This document shows, one piece after another, positions 25,492 through 38,321 of a stretch of DNA of 64,000 nt (position 1 is the first letter of the stretch; each line of letters opens with the position of its first letter). A program made the position numbers and the translations under genes. This DNA is from Lama guanicoe (taxonomy: Eukaryota): positions 3,519,490-3,583,489 of the forward strand of contig MU053758.1 in assembly GCA_013239625.1 (NCBI GenBank), written 5' to 3'. Under the pieces are notes generated by a model. It did not search any database and had not been told where the DNA came from. It was given only the letters and a program-made list of their open reading frames with translations.

Positions 25492-25863
25492 AAAAAAGGA
25501 AGGAAGGAAGGAAGGAAGGAGGAAAGGAGGAAAGGAAGAGGACAAATGAATATAAATACAAAACAGAAACAGACTCATAGATATAGAATACAAACTTGTG
25601 GTTACCAGAGGGGAGGCGGGTGGGAAGGGACAGACTGGGAGTTTGAAATTTGTGGATACTGACAGGCATAGAATAGATAAACAAGATTATACTGTATAGC
25701 ACAGGAAATATATACAAGATCTTGTGGTAGCTCACAGTGAAAAAGAATGCGACAGTGAATATATGTATGTTCATGTATAAATGAAAAATTATGCCCTACA
25801 CTGGAAATTGACACAACATTGTAAACTGACTTTAACTCAATAATTAGTTAATTAATTAATTAA
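25068..25863 (+). mobile_element. Short young L1 3'UTR insertion
   Basis: Same 3'UTR family as 10249-11737 and 47031-49813; 16-bp TSD taaaataaa(g/c)acccca at 25052-25067 and 25864-25879. Confidence 0.9.
25219..25542. repeat. Compound (GAAA)n/(GA)n/(GGAA)n polypurine microsatellite with a 66-bp higher-order period
   Basis: The marker GATAG recurs at 25278, 25344 and 25410. Confidence 0.95.
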
Positions 25864-27427
25864 TAAAATAAACACCCCAGGTAATTCTGATACAGGTAGT
25901 TCCTGGACATCCCTTTGTTTAGGATCTGAGTGAAGAGGTGGTATCAGAAAGATCAGATTGTGATGCATTTTAATGCTCATATCCGTAGAATTAAATGAAA
26001 ACCCATAGACCAGGAAAGCATTGGAGAATTTTGCCAGTTTAGTGTTCTCCTTGTACTAGTAGTTTAAATATAACCTTCCAGATCAGCTTAGTTTTTCCAT
26101 TTATGCCGCATTCTTAGTATTTTGTTCACATTATTCACATTGCTGTGAATCTCTTATTTTGACTTAATTGTTTTCAAAACTTTTAAAGCTTTTTAAAAAA
26201 TGCTGCTTCATCTGGAATCTCTCACTATATATGAAAATCAGATAAAATGTAGCCACTCCAGTTGGAGGGAGATGGCCCAGCTCCCAGCAAACAGTCTGGC
26301 AGCTGAGACATTTCTTGCCAAAGTCCAGGTAGCCCATTTGGAAGGCTGTTGTTCTAGGCAAGAGAGTTAGGCAAGGACGGTACAATAATCTGAGCCCTGA
26401 TTCCGTGTTCCTTCAAAAAAGAGGCACCAGTGAGCTCGTCTGATGCATATAATCAGTCCTCCCAGATATACTGTTTTGAGGGAAGGATGCCTTTGTAAAG
26501 TGTAATATCCTTAGCTTAGATGGTCTGTCTCTTTGTGAAAGAAGATACCTGGGGTTGGGGCTGGGAGGTCGAGGTAGAGGAATTGTGCCCAGGAGAAACT
26601 TCATTATAGAGAGTAATGAAAGGCAACTGAGTTTTTCCTTTGTCCCCCAGGGATGTACACTTTGGAGGATGTTGGAATGTCACAGAGTGACACTGGTGGA
26701 ATAGGAGACGTGAATTTTCCTCTTCAGCTTGAATCACCTAAGGATAGATGTGAATAAAATCTGCATTTGGTACATGAATGGAAAATAACTCTTCCCAAAA
26801 GTTTTCTACAGCTGATTGTTGTTCTGGGTAAGGAGGGAAACAAGGCATTGCTGGTTCATTAAAGAATCAGTGAGATGAGTTTGGTCTGCATTATCTGATG
26901 CTTTTTTGCTGTCAAAATAAGTTTGGAAATTCTGCTATGTAGTGACTCAGGTCTAAATTCTTGTCTGTATCTGTATATGAAATCAGTTATGCAGGATCTA
27001 TTTGTGAACACAGGAGAAGGAGTGAAGAGTGAGTCCATTTCATTATTTTTTTAATCATAAAAGTAAACAGAGAATCAAAGGGCGGAGAGATAAGCAATAG
27101 AAAGGAAAATCTGAAATAATGTCATCAACAAAAAGTGAGAATTCAGATGCTTGAAGAAGTCTGGTCAATAATTTTTTTCCTATTGAGTAACATAAGATGA
27201 TGCCTGGATTCCCGGGGGAGGGCAACAATCTGGGACTCTTATTGGTCACTTATAGGCTCAGGGTGAGGGTCTCAGGGACAATGCGGGAGAAAGTCAGAGA
27301 CTGGACACACAACTATTAAGACAAATTTGAGTAACTTCACCCAGGATTCTGGGTCCTAGTGCCTTGAAGAAAAGAAGCTCCTGATTCTGTGAGAATGTTG
27401 ATGAGGCTGTGGGTATGGGATGATGAG

Positions 27428-27534
27428 TTCAGCAACAAGGGTCCATAGCAGCTGGGGCAGCAGCAGGTGGTGTGGTAGCAGGTGACCTGGCAGCAGCTGG
27501 GGCAACAACAACCAGGGTGGCAGCAACTGGACAT
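27428..27534 (-). pseudogene. KRTAP4-like 3' remnant
   Basis: SSCCHPGCCCPSCCQVTCYHTTCCCPSCYG followed by a degenerate terminal tgctgaactcat like G5/G6; no MVSSCC cassette or TATA upstream. Confidence 0.7.
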
Positions 27535-27769
27535 ACCACATCAGGGTTGCCAGCATTTCCAACTTAACTTCCTTTACTTTTCTTCCCATAGGCAGTATGT
27601 TCGACCCATCACACCTCCTTATTTTCTACTGCATCTGTAGGTTGACCCTTAAACCCCTGGCTTTTGTGTTCTCATAGACCCACTCCATGAATGATCTTGA
27701 CATACTTCTACTCCGTAAATGGTGGTAATGTTTTCTTGGTACTTTCAAAATCTAGATTGCCTTCATAAG

Positions 27770-28690
27770 AATATAAACACGCTGCTTTCATCTGAGCCTC
27801 TCCTTCGCTTTGTCTTGTCTTACGTTGTTGCCAACGGTACACCCTCTCTTGAATTTCAAGACTTGACACATCTTATTTCAAGGAATCAAGCTTTATACGT
27901 TACCCATCTCCGACGGAATGATTTCTCTTTCTCACCAATATTACCAACCTACCAGGCATATGTCTTCCTATTAAATCCAAAATTTCATTGTGAGTTACAT
28001 GGTGATGAGGACTAAGTCTCATTCAACTGACGTGCTTCCCAGCACCCAGCAGTACAAGGACCTTGCTAGGTGGTCCATAGTCCAGTTGTAGTAAAAAGGA
28101 AATTCTTGTTTTCTCTCAACAAACTTGATGGCAGGCAAGGTGGGCAATCTGCTTTGGGGGAAAAATCATCATTTGGCCTTTTCTCTCATATAGGCTTTGA
28201 TTGATAAGCAAAATCAGTTTTCTTTGTTCACATGACAGAAACACAAACGTATCTCCAGTTCATAATCAGCACTAAAAAATAATTAAGAGCCACAAGTGTT
28301 CCTGATACCAAGTATTTATTGAGACATAATTATCCTAACACACGTAAGTCATCATGAAGGCCAAGCCATGTGCAGCAATCATAGGATTAGGAGCCTGTCC
28401 CTATGAACTAGGGTAGACGTTTGGTCATCTGACCGAATGACACGGTAATAGGCACAGAATTTGGAGGTTCTGTGTGGTATTTAGTTTAAACTGTCGCTTC
28501 TTAAACAGTTGCTTGGCGGCATAGCCAATGGGATGAATAAACATAGTGACAGATGAAAACAAGGCCAGGTGCTATGGACAAAGGAAATGAGAACAAGACT
28601 GATACACTGGGATGATGGTGATTGGCTCAGGGCTGGTGGTGAGGAATGAAGTTCAGCAAAAAGAGGATCCTCAGCAGATGGGCCGGCAGC
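27770..28690. repeat. Duplicated 3' flank shared with ~39010-39925 (offset ~11236)
   Basis: Near-identical sequence from tataaacacgctgctttcatc to the gene 3' end; matching ORF ends at 28481/39717. Confidence 0.92.
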
Positions 28691-29132
28691 AGATGGGGCG
28701 GCAGCAGATAGGGCGGCAGCAGATGGGGCGACAGCGGGTGGTACGGCAGCAGGTGGTCTGGCAGCATCTGGGGCGGCAGAAGCTGGACACACAGCATCTG
28801 GGGCGGCAGCACGTGGTCTGGTAGCAGCTGGGACGACAGCAGCTAGAGATGCAGCAGGTGGGCCTGCAGCAGCTGGAACCACACCTGGAACCACAGTGGA
28901 AAGGGCGGCAGCAACTGGAAATGCAGTATCTGGGGCGGCAGCAGGTGGGCTGGCAGCACACAGACTGGCAGCACTGGGGTCTGCAGCAGATGGACTCACA
29001 ACATCTGGGGCGGTAGCAGGTGGTCCTACAGCAGGTGGTCTGGCAGCAGCTGGGGTGGCAGCAGGTCTCCTGACAGAGGCCTTGACCACAGCCCTGGTCA
29101 GAGCAGACGGAGCCACAGCAGGAGCTGACCAT
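28671..29132 (-). CDS. KRTAP4: Keratin-associated protein 4 family (G5), 153 aa
   Basis: [15 protein letters not shown]-terminus, (RPICC)n C-terminus; TATA 29207-29213; polyA signal 28315-28320. Confidence 0.9.
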   Translation of the reverse strand: MVSSCCGSVCSDQGCGQGLCQETCCHPSCCQTTCCRTTCYRPRCCESICCRPQCCQSVCCQPTCCRPRYCISSCCRPFHCGSRCGSSCCRPTCCISSCCRPSCYQTTCCRPRCCVSSFCRPRCCQTTCCRTTRCRPICCRPICCRPICCRPIC

Positions 29133-31469
29133 GGTGTCAGAGGGTGGAGGTTCTGGGTGGGTTTCCAGGAGAGTGAGTTTCCTGAGTCTCCTTGCTCTAT
29201 GTCCCCTTTTATACCCTGTTGAAGGAGCTTCTTCCTTGTTATTGTTTATCCTACTAGGAAAGCAATTATTAAATTACATAATTGTAGACATTTTTCTTGC
29301 AAATTAGATAGAAGGCATTTTTCATTTCTATGATATAACTTTACTGTAATTTTTTTTTCCAAATCAACTCTTGTTTATGTCATCTAATATTTAAGACTGC
29401 AGCTGTCCCTTCCAATTAGCTGTCATGGGACTGACCATTTGTTACTAGGTATTCCTCTCTTCCTCTTTCAACCATGATTCAACCTAAGCCTAAACTGTGA
29501 GTCTCATGAGTTCAGGGCATAGAGCAGATGGGAGCATGCAGGGAAGAGTCAACGGGAATGAAATAATTCCCAGTTTAGACCAATGGAAGGAGCCCTTGTG
29601 GAGGGGAGGAGAAGGTTCCACACTGTGAATAACTCGAGCAATGAGAAAGGATGTGGCTCCAGGTGTTGGCGGGTGACCAGCGAGCTGGGGAAAGAAATCG
29701 CAAGCAATGTATTTTGGCATATTTCCTCATGTTATTAACTGGTTCTGACTGGCAGTATCAGTCTATTTAGGAATCAAAGTTGCATATGCAATCATCATGT
29801 CTCTTCTTTCTAAAATAATGAAGTAACAGAATTTCCAGTAGTGCAGCCTAGAAATCTATATTTTTCAAAAGCTGCTTAGGATGTTCTGGGAAGGTGCCCA
29901 GAGAGTCCAGGACCATGGCCATCTCTCCCAACTTTTGTTGGTAGATTTCTGTTCGTAAGCATAAAGCCTAAAGTCAAATACACCGAGACTTCATCTTCTC
30001 AAAAAGACTGGAACAGGAGTAGGGCTCTGTAAAATATGACATCATAGGCCAAGGTTTTTAATAACAAGATGGGAAAGACCAAGAGTTTAGGGACTTGGGA
30101 GCAAAGATGAATCAAACACAACTCACCTTGCAGCTGGATGATGGTGGCTACTTTCCTGAGCCATATGGAGACTCCAGATATGAGGAGTAGTTGTGCAGTT
30201 CTGGGAAGTTCGCTGATTTAGTGTGCCCCTAATAGGAGAAAACTACTCTTTCACCGAGTTAAAGAAGAACTGATAATACTTAGGACCTCCCTAATCACAC
30301 TCAGTCAAGCCTACTTGCTCTTTGTGAAGATGGTCTCATCACCCACATCCCATCTCACAGAGAAGAGCTTCCACACTGGGAGGGCTAAGCTGAGATGATG
30401 AGAGGGAGCCCACCTAGCAGTGTGAGGGGGTCACTTTGGCAAAAGTGAGTCCCTTCCCTAGTCCCAGTGCACTGGCACAGAGACTCTGCCCAGATGGAAG
30501 GGCAGGTCTTAAGGACTAATCATGTTTCAGCTCTACCTGAGAAGATTGGCTTTATTTGGAGCAGAGCTTGGAGAACTCTATGCCCAAGGGTATTGTCAAA
30601 AACAGTGGAGATCTTGGTGGAGAGTGAAAATAAGGCTGGCAACTACTTGGTACAAGCAAATGGCAGAGTAGCTAAAAGTTTATTAGAGCTAATCAGAGGG
30701 AAAGGCAGCCAAAGAAGAGGACTCCCAGGATCATAGCCAACTCTGTTGGTCAGGAAGGCTGTGCCGGATAATTGTATATAATTGCATATTTCTTCTGATT
30801 TCTTCTCTAATTTAAAAGCAATTGCATAAGACAACATACAAAATAATTGTGCCTATAACAACAGGATATGTAACACATTTGACAATACCAGCACAGAGGA
30901 AGCAGATGGAGCAAAGCTGTATTGGAGAAAAGTGACATCAGATGGTAACTTGAATCTTTGAGAAGAAATGAAGAGAACCAGAAAGGTTAAATAATATGAT
31001 TAACTAAGTTTAGTAACACTGTATTGTGGATTTGAATGTTGCTAAGAGAGTATATCTTAAAATTTCTCCCCAAAAAAGTTACTATAAGTCCACAAATATA
31101 TACTTGCTCTTCTTTGTTTGCTCAGCTTGTTTAAAAGGCATAACATTATATAAAGAAATGATATTAATAATGTATTGCTTGATTTGTAATATATGTATAC
31201 ATAATATGTGTAACAATAATAGCACAAGAAAGGAGCATGGAATGGAGTTATATAAGAAAAATTTTCTCTATTTTACTGAAACAAAATCGGTACTGAAACA
31301 AAATCAATCTGAAGTACATTCTGACAAATTGGTATATATTTTAAGCCCTAGCATTTAAACACATCTAACACACACACACACACACACACACTTCATTATA
31401 GTAATTAAAATGTTATATTAGAAAATAACCACTTAATACAACAGAAGGAAATAAAGAGGGGTTATAGAG

Positions 31470-32440
31470 AAATGGACTTATATCCAGGATATATTAAACA
31501 TCCATGCAACTCAATAATTAAAAGAAAAATAACGCAGTTAAAAGTGAACTACAGATTTGATTAGACATGTGTCCAAAGATGATGCACAAATTAGCCTGTA
31601 AGTCTATGAAAAGGTGCTCAACATCATTATTCATTAGGGAAATGCAAATCAAAACCACAATGTGGTATCACTTTATGCCCACTAGGATGGCTTTAAGCTA
31701 AAAGACAGATAATAACAATTGTTGGCAAGAATGTGCAGAAATTGGAGCCCTTACACGTTGCTGATGGGATTATAAAACAGTACACTGCTTTGGAAAATAG
31801 TTTGGAAATTTCTCAGAAATTGAACCACAAAATTACCATGCATAAAGACTCAACATTTCCACCCCTGGATATATATCCAAGGGAAATGAAAACATAGTCC
31901 AATGAAAAGTTGAATACATTCATAGCAGCATTAAAAATAATATCCAAAAAGTTGAAACAATCTAAATGTCCATCAACTGAGGGATGGATAAACAAAATGT
32001 AGTGTATCCATAAGTAGAATATTATTTGTCAATAAAAAGGAATGAAGTACTGACTCATGATACGATGTAGATGAACCTCGAAAGCAATACACTAAGTATA
32101 GGAGGTCATTCACAAAAAGCTACATATTACATATTACCATGTATGTGCAAGTTCTGGAGAGGCAAATCTAGGGACTGATCAGTGGTTGCCTACAGCTGAG
32201 ACAGAGCGTGGGGGGATTGAGAGTGACTGCTAAATGGGTATGAAGTTTCCTTTCTGGGCACCAAGATACTCTAAATTAGATGTAGTAATGGTTGCACAGT
32301 CCTGTTTAGATTCTAGAAACATTGAATGTATACTTTAAAGGGGTGAGTTTTTAGATTCTAGAAACATTGAATTGTATACTTTAAATGGGTGAGTTAAGTT
32401 GTTTGTGAATTACATCTCAATAAAATTCTTTAAAAAGTAA
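31470..32440 (+). mobile_element. Old L1 (L1MB-like) ORF2 end and 3'UTR
   Basis: cattagggaaatgcaaatcaaaaccacaatg; tail gtgaattacatctcaataaa. Confidence 0.75.
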
Positions 32441-32499
32441 GAATAAATACATTAGGTATTAAAAATATGAAATGGAAAAAAATCTCCAAATAAAAGATG

Positions 32500-34160
32500 A
32501 CTCAGATAAGCCCACATAAATATGCCCAATTAATTTTTTAACAAAAGAACAAGCAGACATCTGCAGGCAAAAAAAAGGAAGGAAAAAAAGAGAAAACCTC
32601 AATCTAAGTCTCATATCTTATTTTTTAAAAATTAACTCAAAATTGTATCATGAACTTAAATGTAAAATGATAAAAGATTTCAGGAGAAAACAGAGGAGAA
32701 AATCTCTGGGATCTTGGACTAGGCAAAGAGTTCTTACTATTGTCACCGAAAGTACAATCCATAAAAGGAAAAGCTGGTAAATCAAAAATTTAAAACTTTG
32801 CTCTGCAAGAGACACTGTTAAGAGGATGAAAAGACAAGCTACAGAACGGGAGAAATATTTGCAAACCACATATGTGACAAAAGACTGGTATCTAGGCTAT
32901 ATGATGAACTCTCAAATTCAGTAGTTAAAAAAAAAAAAAGCAATGATCCTGGTGAGCATGGACAAAAGAAGAGACATTTCACTGAAGGAGATGTATAGAT
33001 GACAAATAAGCACATGAAAAGGTGTCCAATACCATTAGCCATTGGGGAAATGCAGTTAATAGATCCATAATGAGATATCACTGTATACCCATCACAGTGA
33101 CTAAAAGTAAAAATAGGCTATACCAAATGCTGGTGAGGACATGGAGAAACTGTATCACTCATACAGTGCTGATAGGAATATAAAATAATATAACCATTCT
33201 CAAAAACATTGTTTGGCAGTTTCTGAAAAAATCTAAACATGCCACTACCATATGATAAAATGAAATTTGTATTTTAAGTCAGGGCAAGAAAATTTAAGCA
33301 TAAAATTCTCCCTCTCTGACCATTTAAGCCTCTCCCCTCCCCCCTTAGTGTGCAATATGCATCTGCATTAACCAGACCTCCTCAAGGTGGGAATGCCTCC
33401 TCAACCAGCCTCAAAGATCACACTAGCAAGGTAGCTTCTTAAAAGCTCTGTAGGGGATCGTGGTGACTGGCTGCTCTCTTTCTATGTGCTTATCTGAACT
33501 GTATCTCTTTGGTGAAGTTTATGTAAAATGTCAGTGTGTCATTTTGATGTATGATCCTTTGTCTCGAAAATACATAAAACTGTGCTTTCAACTTCTAACA
33601 GGTGGAACAATTCTCAGAGCTTCTGTCTCCCACATTAAAATCCTCAGTTTGGCTGGAATAAAATTCTCTTTTTACTTCTTAACTTGATTGCTAATTGAAT
33701 TTTCATCAACACATTTATACCAGAGAAATGAAGACTTTTGTTCACATAATAATAAGTTCACACATTGTGTTCATGAATGTTTACCGCAATTTTAATCAAA
33801 ATAGCCAAAGATTGAAAACAACCCGGATGTTCTTCAGTGGGTGAGTGTCTGAGCAAGTGGCCACGCTCATCCTATCAAAACTTCTCAGCAATAGAAGAGA
33901 AGGAACTATCAATATGCTCAACAACCTGGATGACTCAACAGAAAATTATTTTGAGTGAAAAATGGCAATCCCGAAAAGTTACATACCCTATGTTTTCATT
34001 GATGTGAACTTCTCAAAATGGCCAAAGTATAGAAACATAGAACACATCAGTGGTTGCTAAAGATTAAGGAGGAGGTAGGGGTGAGAGGGAAATGGGTGTG
34101 GCTATAAAATGACATCACTGGCAATCTTTGTGGGGCCGGAAATGTTCTGTATCTTTATGG
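32500..34160 (+). mobile_element. Old L1 (L1MC-like) ORF2 end and 3'UTR, interrupted by an LTR
   Basis: gaaaagacaagctacagaacgggagaaatatttgcaaacc; sequence resumes after 33711 with catttataccagagaaatgaagac. Confidence 0.7.
33253..33711 (+). mobile_element. Probable solo ERV LTR
   Basis: TG...CA ends, TATA-like tacataaaa near 33571, AATAAA at 33657-33662; interrupts the L1; no clean TSD seen. Confidence 0.55.
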
Positions 34161-36421
34161 ATGCAATTGACACAAAGAGTAATGGAATGAAAATAAAAAA
34201 TAAATGAAACAACAGAGATTTTTTATCTGCTATGTTAGAAATAAAGGAACAATATCACAATCTCCTGAGTTTGCTTTAACAGATTTCTCAGTCATTACTC
34301 AAAACAGACATGTGTGCGTTGTCACATGTGTTAATAAGAGAAGAATGCTGCAATGAGAATCTTAATGAGAGCAATGGTTGTCTTCAGATAAATCACTAAT
34401 AATAAAATCCTGAGTTTAAGGGTGTGATTTTATTTATGATACTAATGCCACATTGCTCTATTAATACCTGAAAGTGATGTTTAATTTTTCATTTTTTTTC
34501 CTTTTTCAACTATACCTTGTTTAGAACCAATATCCCCCATCCTTGGGCCCATTGATATTATTTGGTTATGAAATGGAAATTCCCTCAAAGACAAAGGAAG
34601 TTACCATTTGGTAGTTGCTTAAAGAACAGAGATGAAACAGTCAGATAGATCGCTTCCTTAGTGCCAGAAAACATTGGGTGAGACCATGAATCTGAAACAC
34701 GCTTGCCATGGTTGAGAGGCCAATGAAAACACTGCAACTTGGATGGAGTGGAGCTGGAATGGAGAACATGTCTTGACAATTTTCTTTGCCCATCACAGAC
34801 AAATTTTGACAGTTCTAAGTATAAACACATTACGATGGCAATCAAGTCCGTCAACATTAGAAGTTGACCAGTAATTCTAGCCTTAACTTCCTCCTGTCCT
34901 GCCCGTGAGCTGCATGCTCACTGATCACTCTTGGTAGTTTTCTACAGCATCCGTGCTTCAACTTGAAGTGCCTGGCATGCTGTTTATTGCACTCCTGTTC
35001 ATATTTTATGATCCCTCATTATTATGATCATCACTAAAAAGGCTATGATTTCTCCATTTTAGAATGTCTATAATGTTTTCTTGGTTCCTTTCTTACGCTA
35101 ATTGCTTTATTCTGTTGTCTCATTTCTTTTGCTCCTACTCAAGTAACTTTCTTTTCATGTGGAAGTGGCATCAGACAGGACAGGTACAGCAATGTGACTG
35201 CAGGAGACATTTGGTTTGTTTACCTGAATGTGACCAAGTTTGCCCGAGGTAAAAGAGATCCGCTGTATCTAAGAAAATCCCAAGAAGTGCAGGCTCAGTG
35301 CAAGCTTTCAAGCACAACCTAAGTTCTTTCTTTGATGACCTCATCTTTGTCCCCCATTCAGACCCTTCCCCAACTCACCCCTGGAACTTCCCCAAAGGGG
35401 TGCTTACTTATCCACAGATGCTCCACCTCTGACTGATAGCCTTCTCATTTGCTTATGACTTTTTCGATATGGCGTCACTAACAAGAAGGAGGTTAGGGGA
35501 CTCTAGTGAGGTTCAGTCTTTGCCACATTTGGTCAATGACAACTGATTCTTTGGTTCATGCCACTAATGTCATCAAAAGAATGTAAACATTTTCCTGTCT
35601 CCACCTCCTTTTTATCTTGTGGCTTCATGACTTGCAGATTTCCCCTAAGTGTATTGACTTAATTCATCTATCAAAATTATTCCTTCTATATTACCCTTCT
35701 CCAAGATAGAAATTTCACCCTTTTGATCAATATCACCCAACGTGTTCTACCTGTCTTGGAAGATTCTCTTATCTCCAAGACTGGCTTGTGAGCTCCTGGC
35801 AGGAAACAATTGTGCCTCACGTAGGTTGAAATGCTCCCCAAAGCCCAATGGTGCAATGAACATGCCAGGTGATTAATCATTTTACAGACTGGATAAAAAA
35901 ACCATTGTTTATTAGGTAAGGTGAGTTATCTTATTTTGAAAAAACATACATATACAAAGTCCTTTCTATAATATAAGCATTAGGTAATATTTGAAAAATC
36001 TGTTTTCTTTCCTGGCCACAGAAATCCACACTTTTCTTTATCTTGAGAGAAAGAATGCTAGAAAATAAACTGAAAATCAACTCTCAGAAATAAGTAAAGA
36101 AGGATACACAAATTTATGATATCAAGATAGTATTATTGAGAAATAGTTAACATGCAGTTATGAAGGTCAAGGCAAGTGTAACAGCCAGAGACTTGGGGGT
36201 TTGATCCAACAGCATAGTGCATGTGAGGCTGAATGCAGGAAAGAGATTTCTGGGAAGCAGGGGTGGTACTGAACGCAGATGGAGGCTCTTTCTCCAGTGG
36301 CTTGGTAGTGTCACAGGATAATAAACTTGGTGGTCATTTAAAACATGGAAAAGTTAGAATGAATGACACTTTCACACTGATGTGATGGTGGCTGGCTCAT
36401 GGTTGATAGTCAGATATGAGT

Positions 36422-36760
36422 TCAGCAGGAGGATCTACCGCAGCTGGAGCGGCAGCAAGTTGTACGGTGGCAGGTGGTCTGGCAGCAGACGGGGCGGCAG
36501 CAGCTGGACACACCACAGCTGGGGCGGCAGGTGGTCTGGCAGCAGACGGGGCGGCAGCAGCTGGACACACCACAGCTGGGGCGGCAGGTAGTCTGGCAGC
36601 AGACGGGGCGGCAGCAGCTGGACTCACAGCAACTCGGACGGTAGCAGGTGGTCCTGCAGCAGGTGGTCTGGCAGCAGCTGGGGCGGCAGCAGGTCTCCTG
36701 GCAGAGGCCTTGGCCACAGCCCTGGTCAGAGCAGACAGAGCCACAGCAGGAGCTGACCAT
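36422..36760 (-). CDS. KRTAP4: Keratin-associated protein 4 family (G6), 112 aa
   Basis: [14 protein letters not shown], 19-aa/57-bp repeat [25 protein letters not shown] at 36844-36849; polyA candidate at 35908-35913. Confidence 0.9.
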   Translation of the reverse strand: MVSSCCGSVCSDQGCGQGLCQETCCRPSCCQTTCCRTTCYRPSCCESSCCRPVCCQTTCRPSCGVSSCCRPVCCQTTCRPSCGVSSCCRPVCCQTTCHRTTCCRSSCGRSSC

Positions 36761-38177
36761 GGTGTCAGAGGGTGGAGGTTCTGGGTGGGTTTCCAGGAGA
36801 GTGAGGTTCTTGAGTTTGGGAGTTTTCTTGGCCCACAGCTCCCTTTATATCCTGCTGAAGAGCTGCTGTCACTGCACCATCATTTCCTCGTTATTATTTA
36901 TGTTAGTAGATAGGCAACTATCAAATTAGTTATTTGTTAGGTAGAATGCATTTTTCCTGTCTCTGTGTTATGGTTCTTCCAATTCAGCCTTTCCTCCTGA
37001 CTCACCTCTCATCTTCTTTCTTATGTGTATCATCTAATTTCAAAGACTCTGCAGATGCTCCATCAAATTGGTTGCATGTGATACATCACTTGAAACCCAA
37101 CACTCAATGTGTCAACATTAAAGCTTTGTGTGTTACACCATTCTTCAGTGAGACAGTAGGTTTTGTTTTCTAAAGACTCTTTTGGGGAAAATAAACTGTG
37201 AACGTACTAGGAGAACACTTGGAAGAATTTTTCTTAAAACATTTGAAGTGGAGAGGCTTTTCTGAGACAGAAAATTTAATGGCATTAAAGGAAAAGACTA
37301 AAAAATTTTACAGCAGAAAAATGTTCATGCTAATTAGTTTTTTAAGCTTTAAACAAAATCAAAAGGCTACCAAAGGGCAAACTGGGAATAAATAACAAAT
37401 GCCTTAACCAATATAACAGAAAAAGACCTAATTTTTTCTAATGTATGAATACCTCTTATACACCTAATTTTTTAAAAAGGCCAACAGCCAAATAGAAAAT
37501 TGAGTGAAGGATATTAACAGTCATTTCACTAAAAAAGAAATACAAATACCTTTTAAGTTTTTAAAAGATGTTCAGTCTCATTTATAATTTTAAAAATTTT
37601 AATTGAACAATTTATCTGTTCATCAAACCAACTATGGAACACCTACTGTGTGCTAACTCCCACCCTAGGCTCTGGGGATAGAGCAGTGAATAGTTTGGAA
37701 TGACAAATATACAATATCTAGTTTTTTTAACTCTAATAAATTGGAGAGATTCTCATATACAGAATGGCAGGAGTCTAAACTGGGGCAAATTCTTTATAAG
37801 GTAATTTAACAGTATCAGTAAGATTTGTAAATACGCCTGTCCTTTGACTGAGCAATTTCACTTCCAGAAGCGTATTCAACAGGTAAACATATACAGGTGC
37901 CCCAAGACATACACTCAAGATGCTCTTTGCAGCATTGTTTGTAAGAGGCAAAAGTCTGAGACTGAACTGTGTTATGGCTACAGAGGAGAATGTGTTTGAT
38001 GTCAGGAACACACACCAGCGTTCAGTGACAGAGCATCATGTCATGAAGAACACTGTTTGAACTATTCTTGCAACTTTCCCACAACTTTTAAGTTATTTTA
38101 ATAAAAAAGGAAATGAAGCACACTTTTAAGGCAAAACAGATCATCCCTCTCCCATACAAACATCAGCTTGCCTTTTA

Positions 38178-38321
38178 ATGAAGCTTTTTTCTTTGTCTTT
38201 TTTTCTGAGTGGGAGGTGATTAGGTTTCTTCATCGATTTCAGCTTGGAGGAGGTACCAGGGATTGAACCTGGGACCTCTTGGGTGCTGAGAATGCACTCT
38301 ACCACTTGAGCTTCCCCCTCT
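38178..38321 (-). mobile_element. tRNA-derived SINE (Vic-1-like)
   Basis: A/B boxes; 13-bp TSD agcttgcctttta at 38165-38177 and 38322-38334. Confidence 0.82.

Larger units (their letters stand above)
24940..25915. mobile_element. MER5-like hAT element split by an L1 insertion
   Basis: ggttctctaacattgg..gattctgat..ttgcattt on the left, ccccaggtaattctgat on the right. Confidence 0.55.

Noticed and set aside
25157..25774. Lys/Glu/Arg-rich and Phe/Leu/Ser-rich ORFs
   Set aside because: Translations of the GAAA microsatellite
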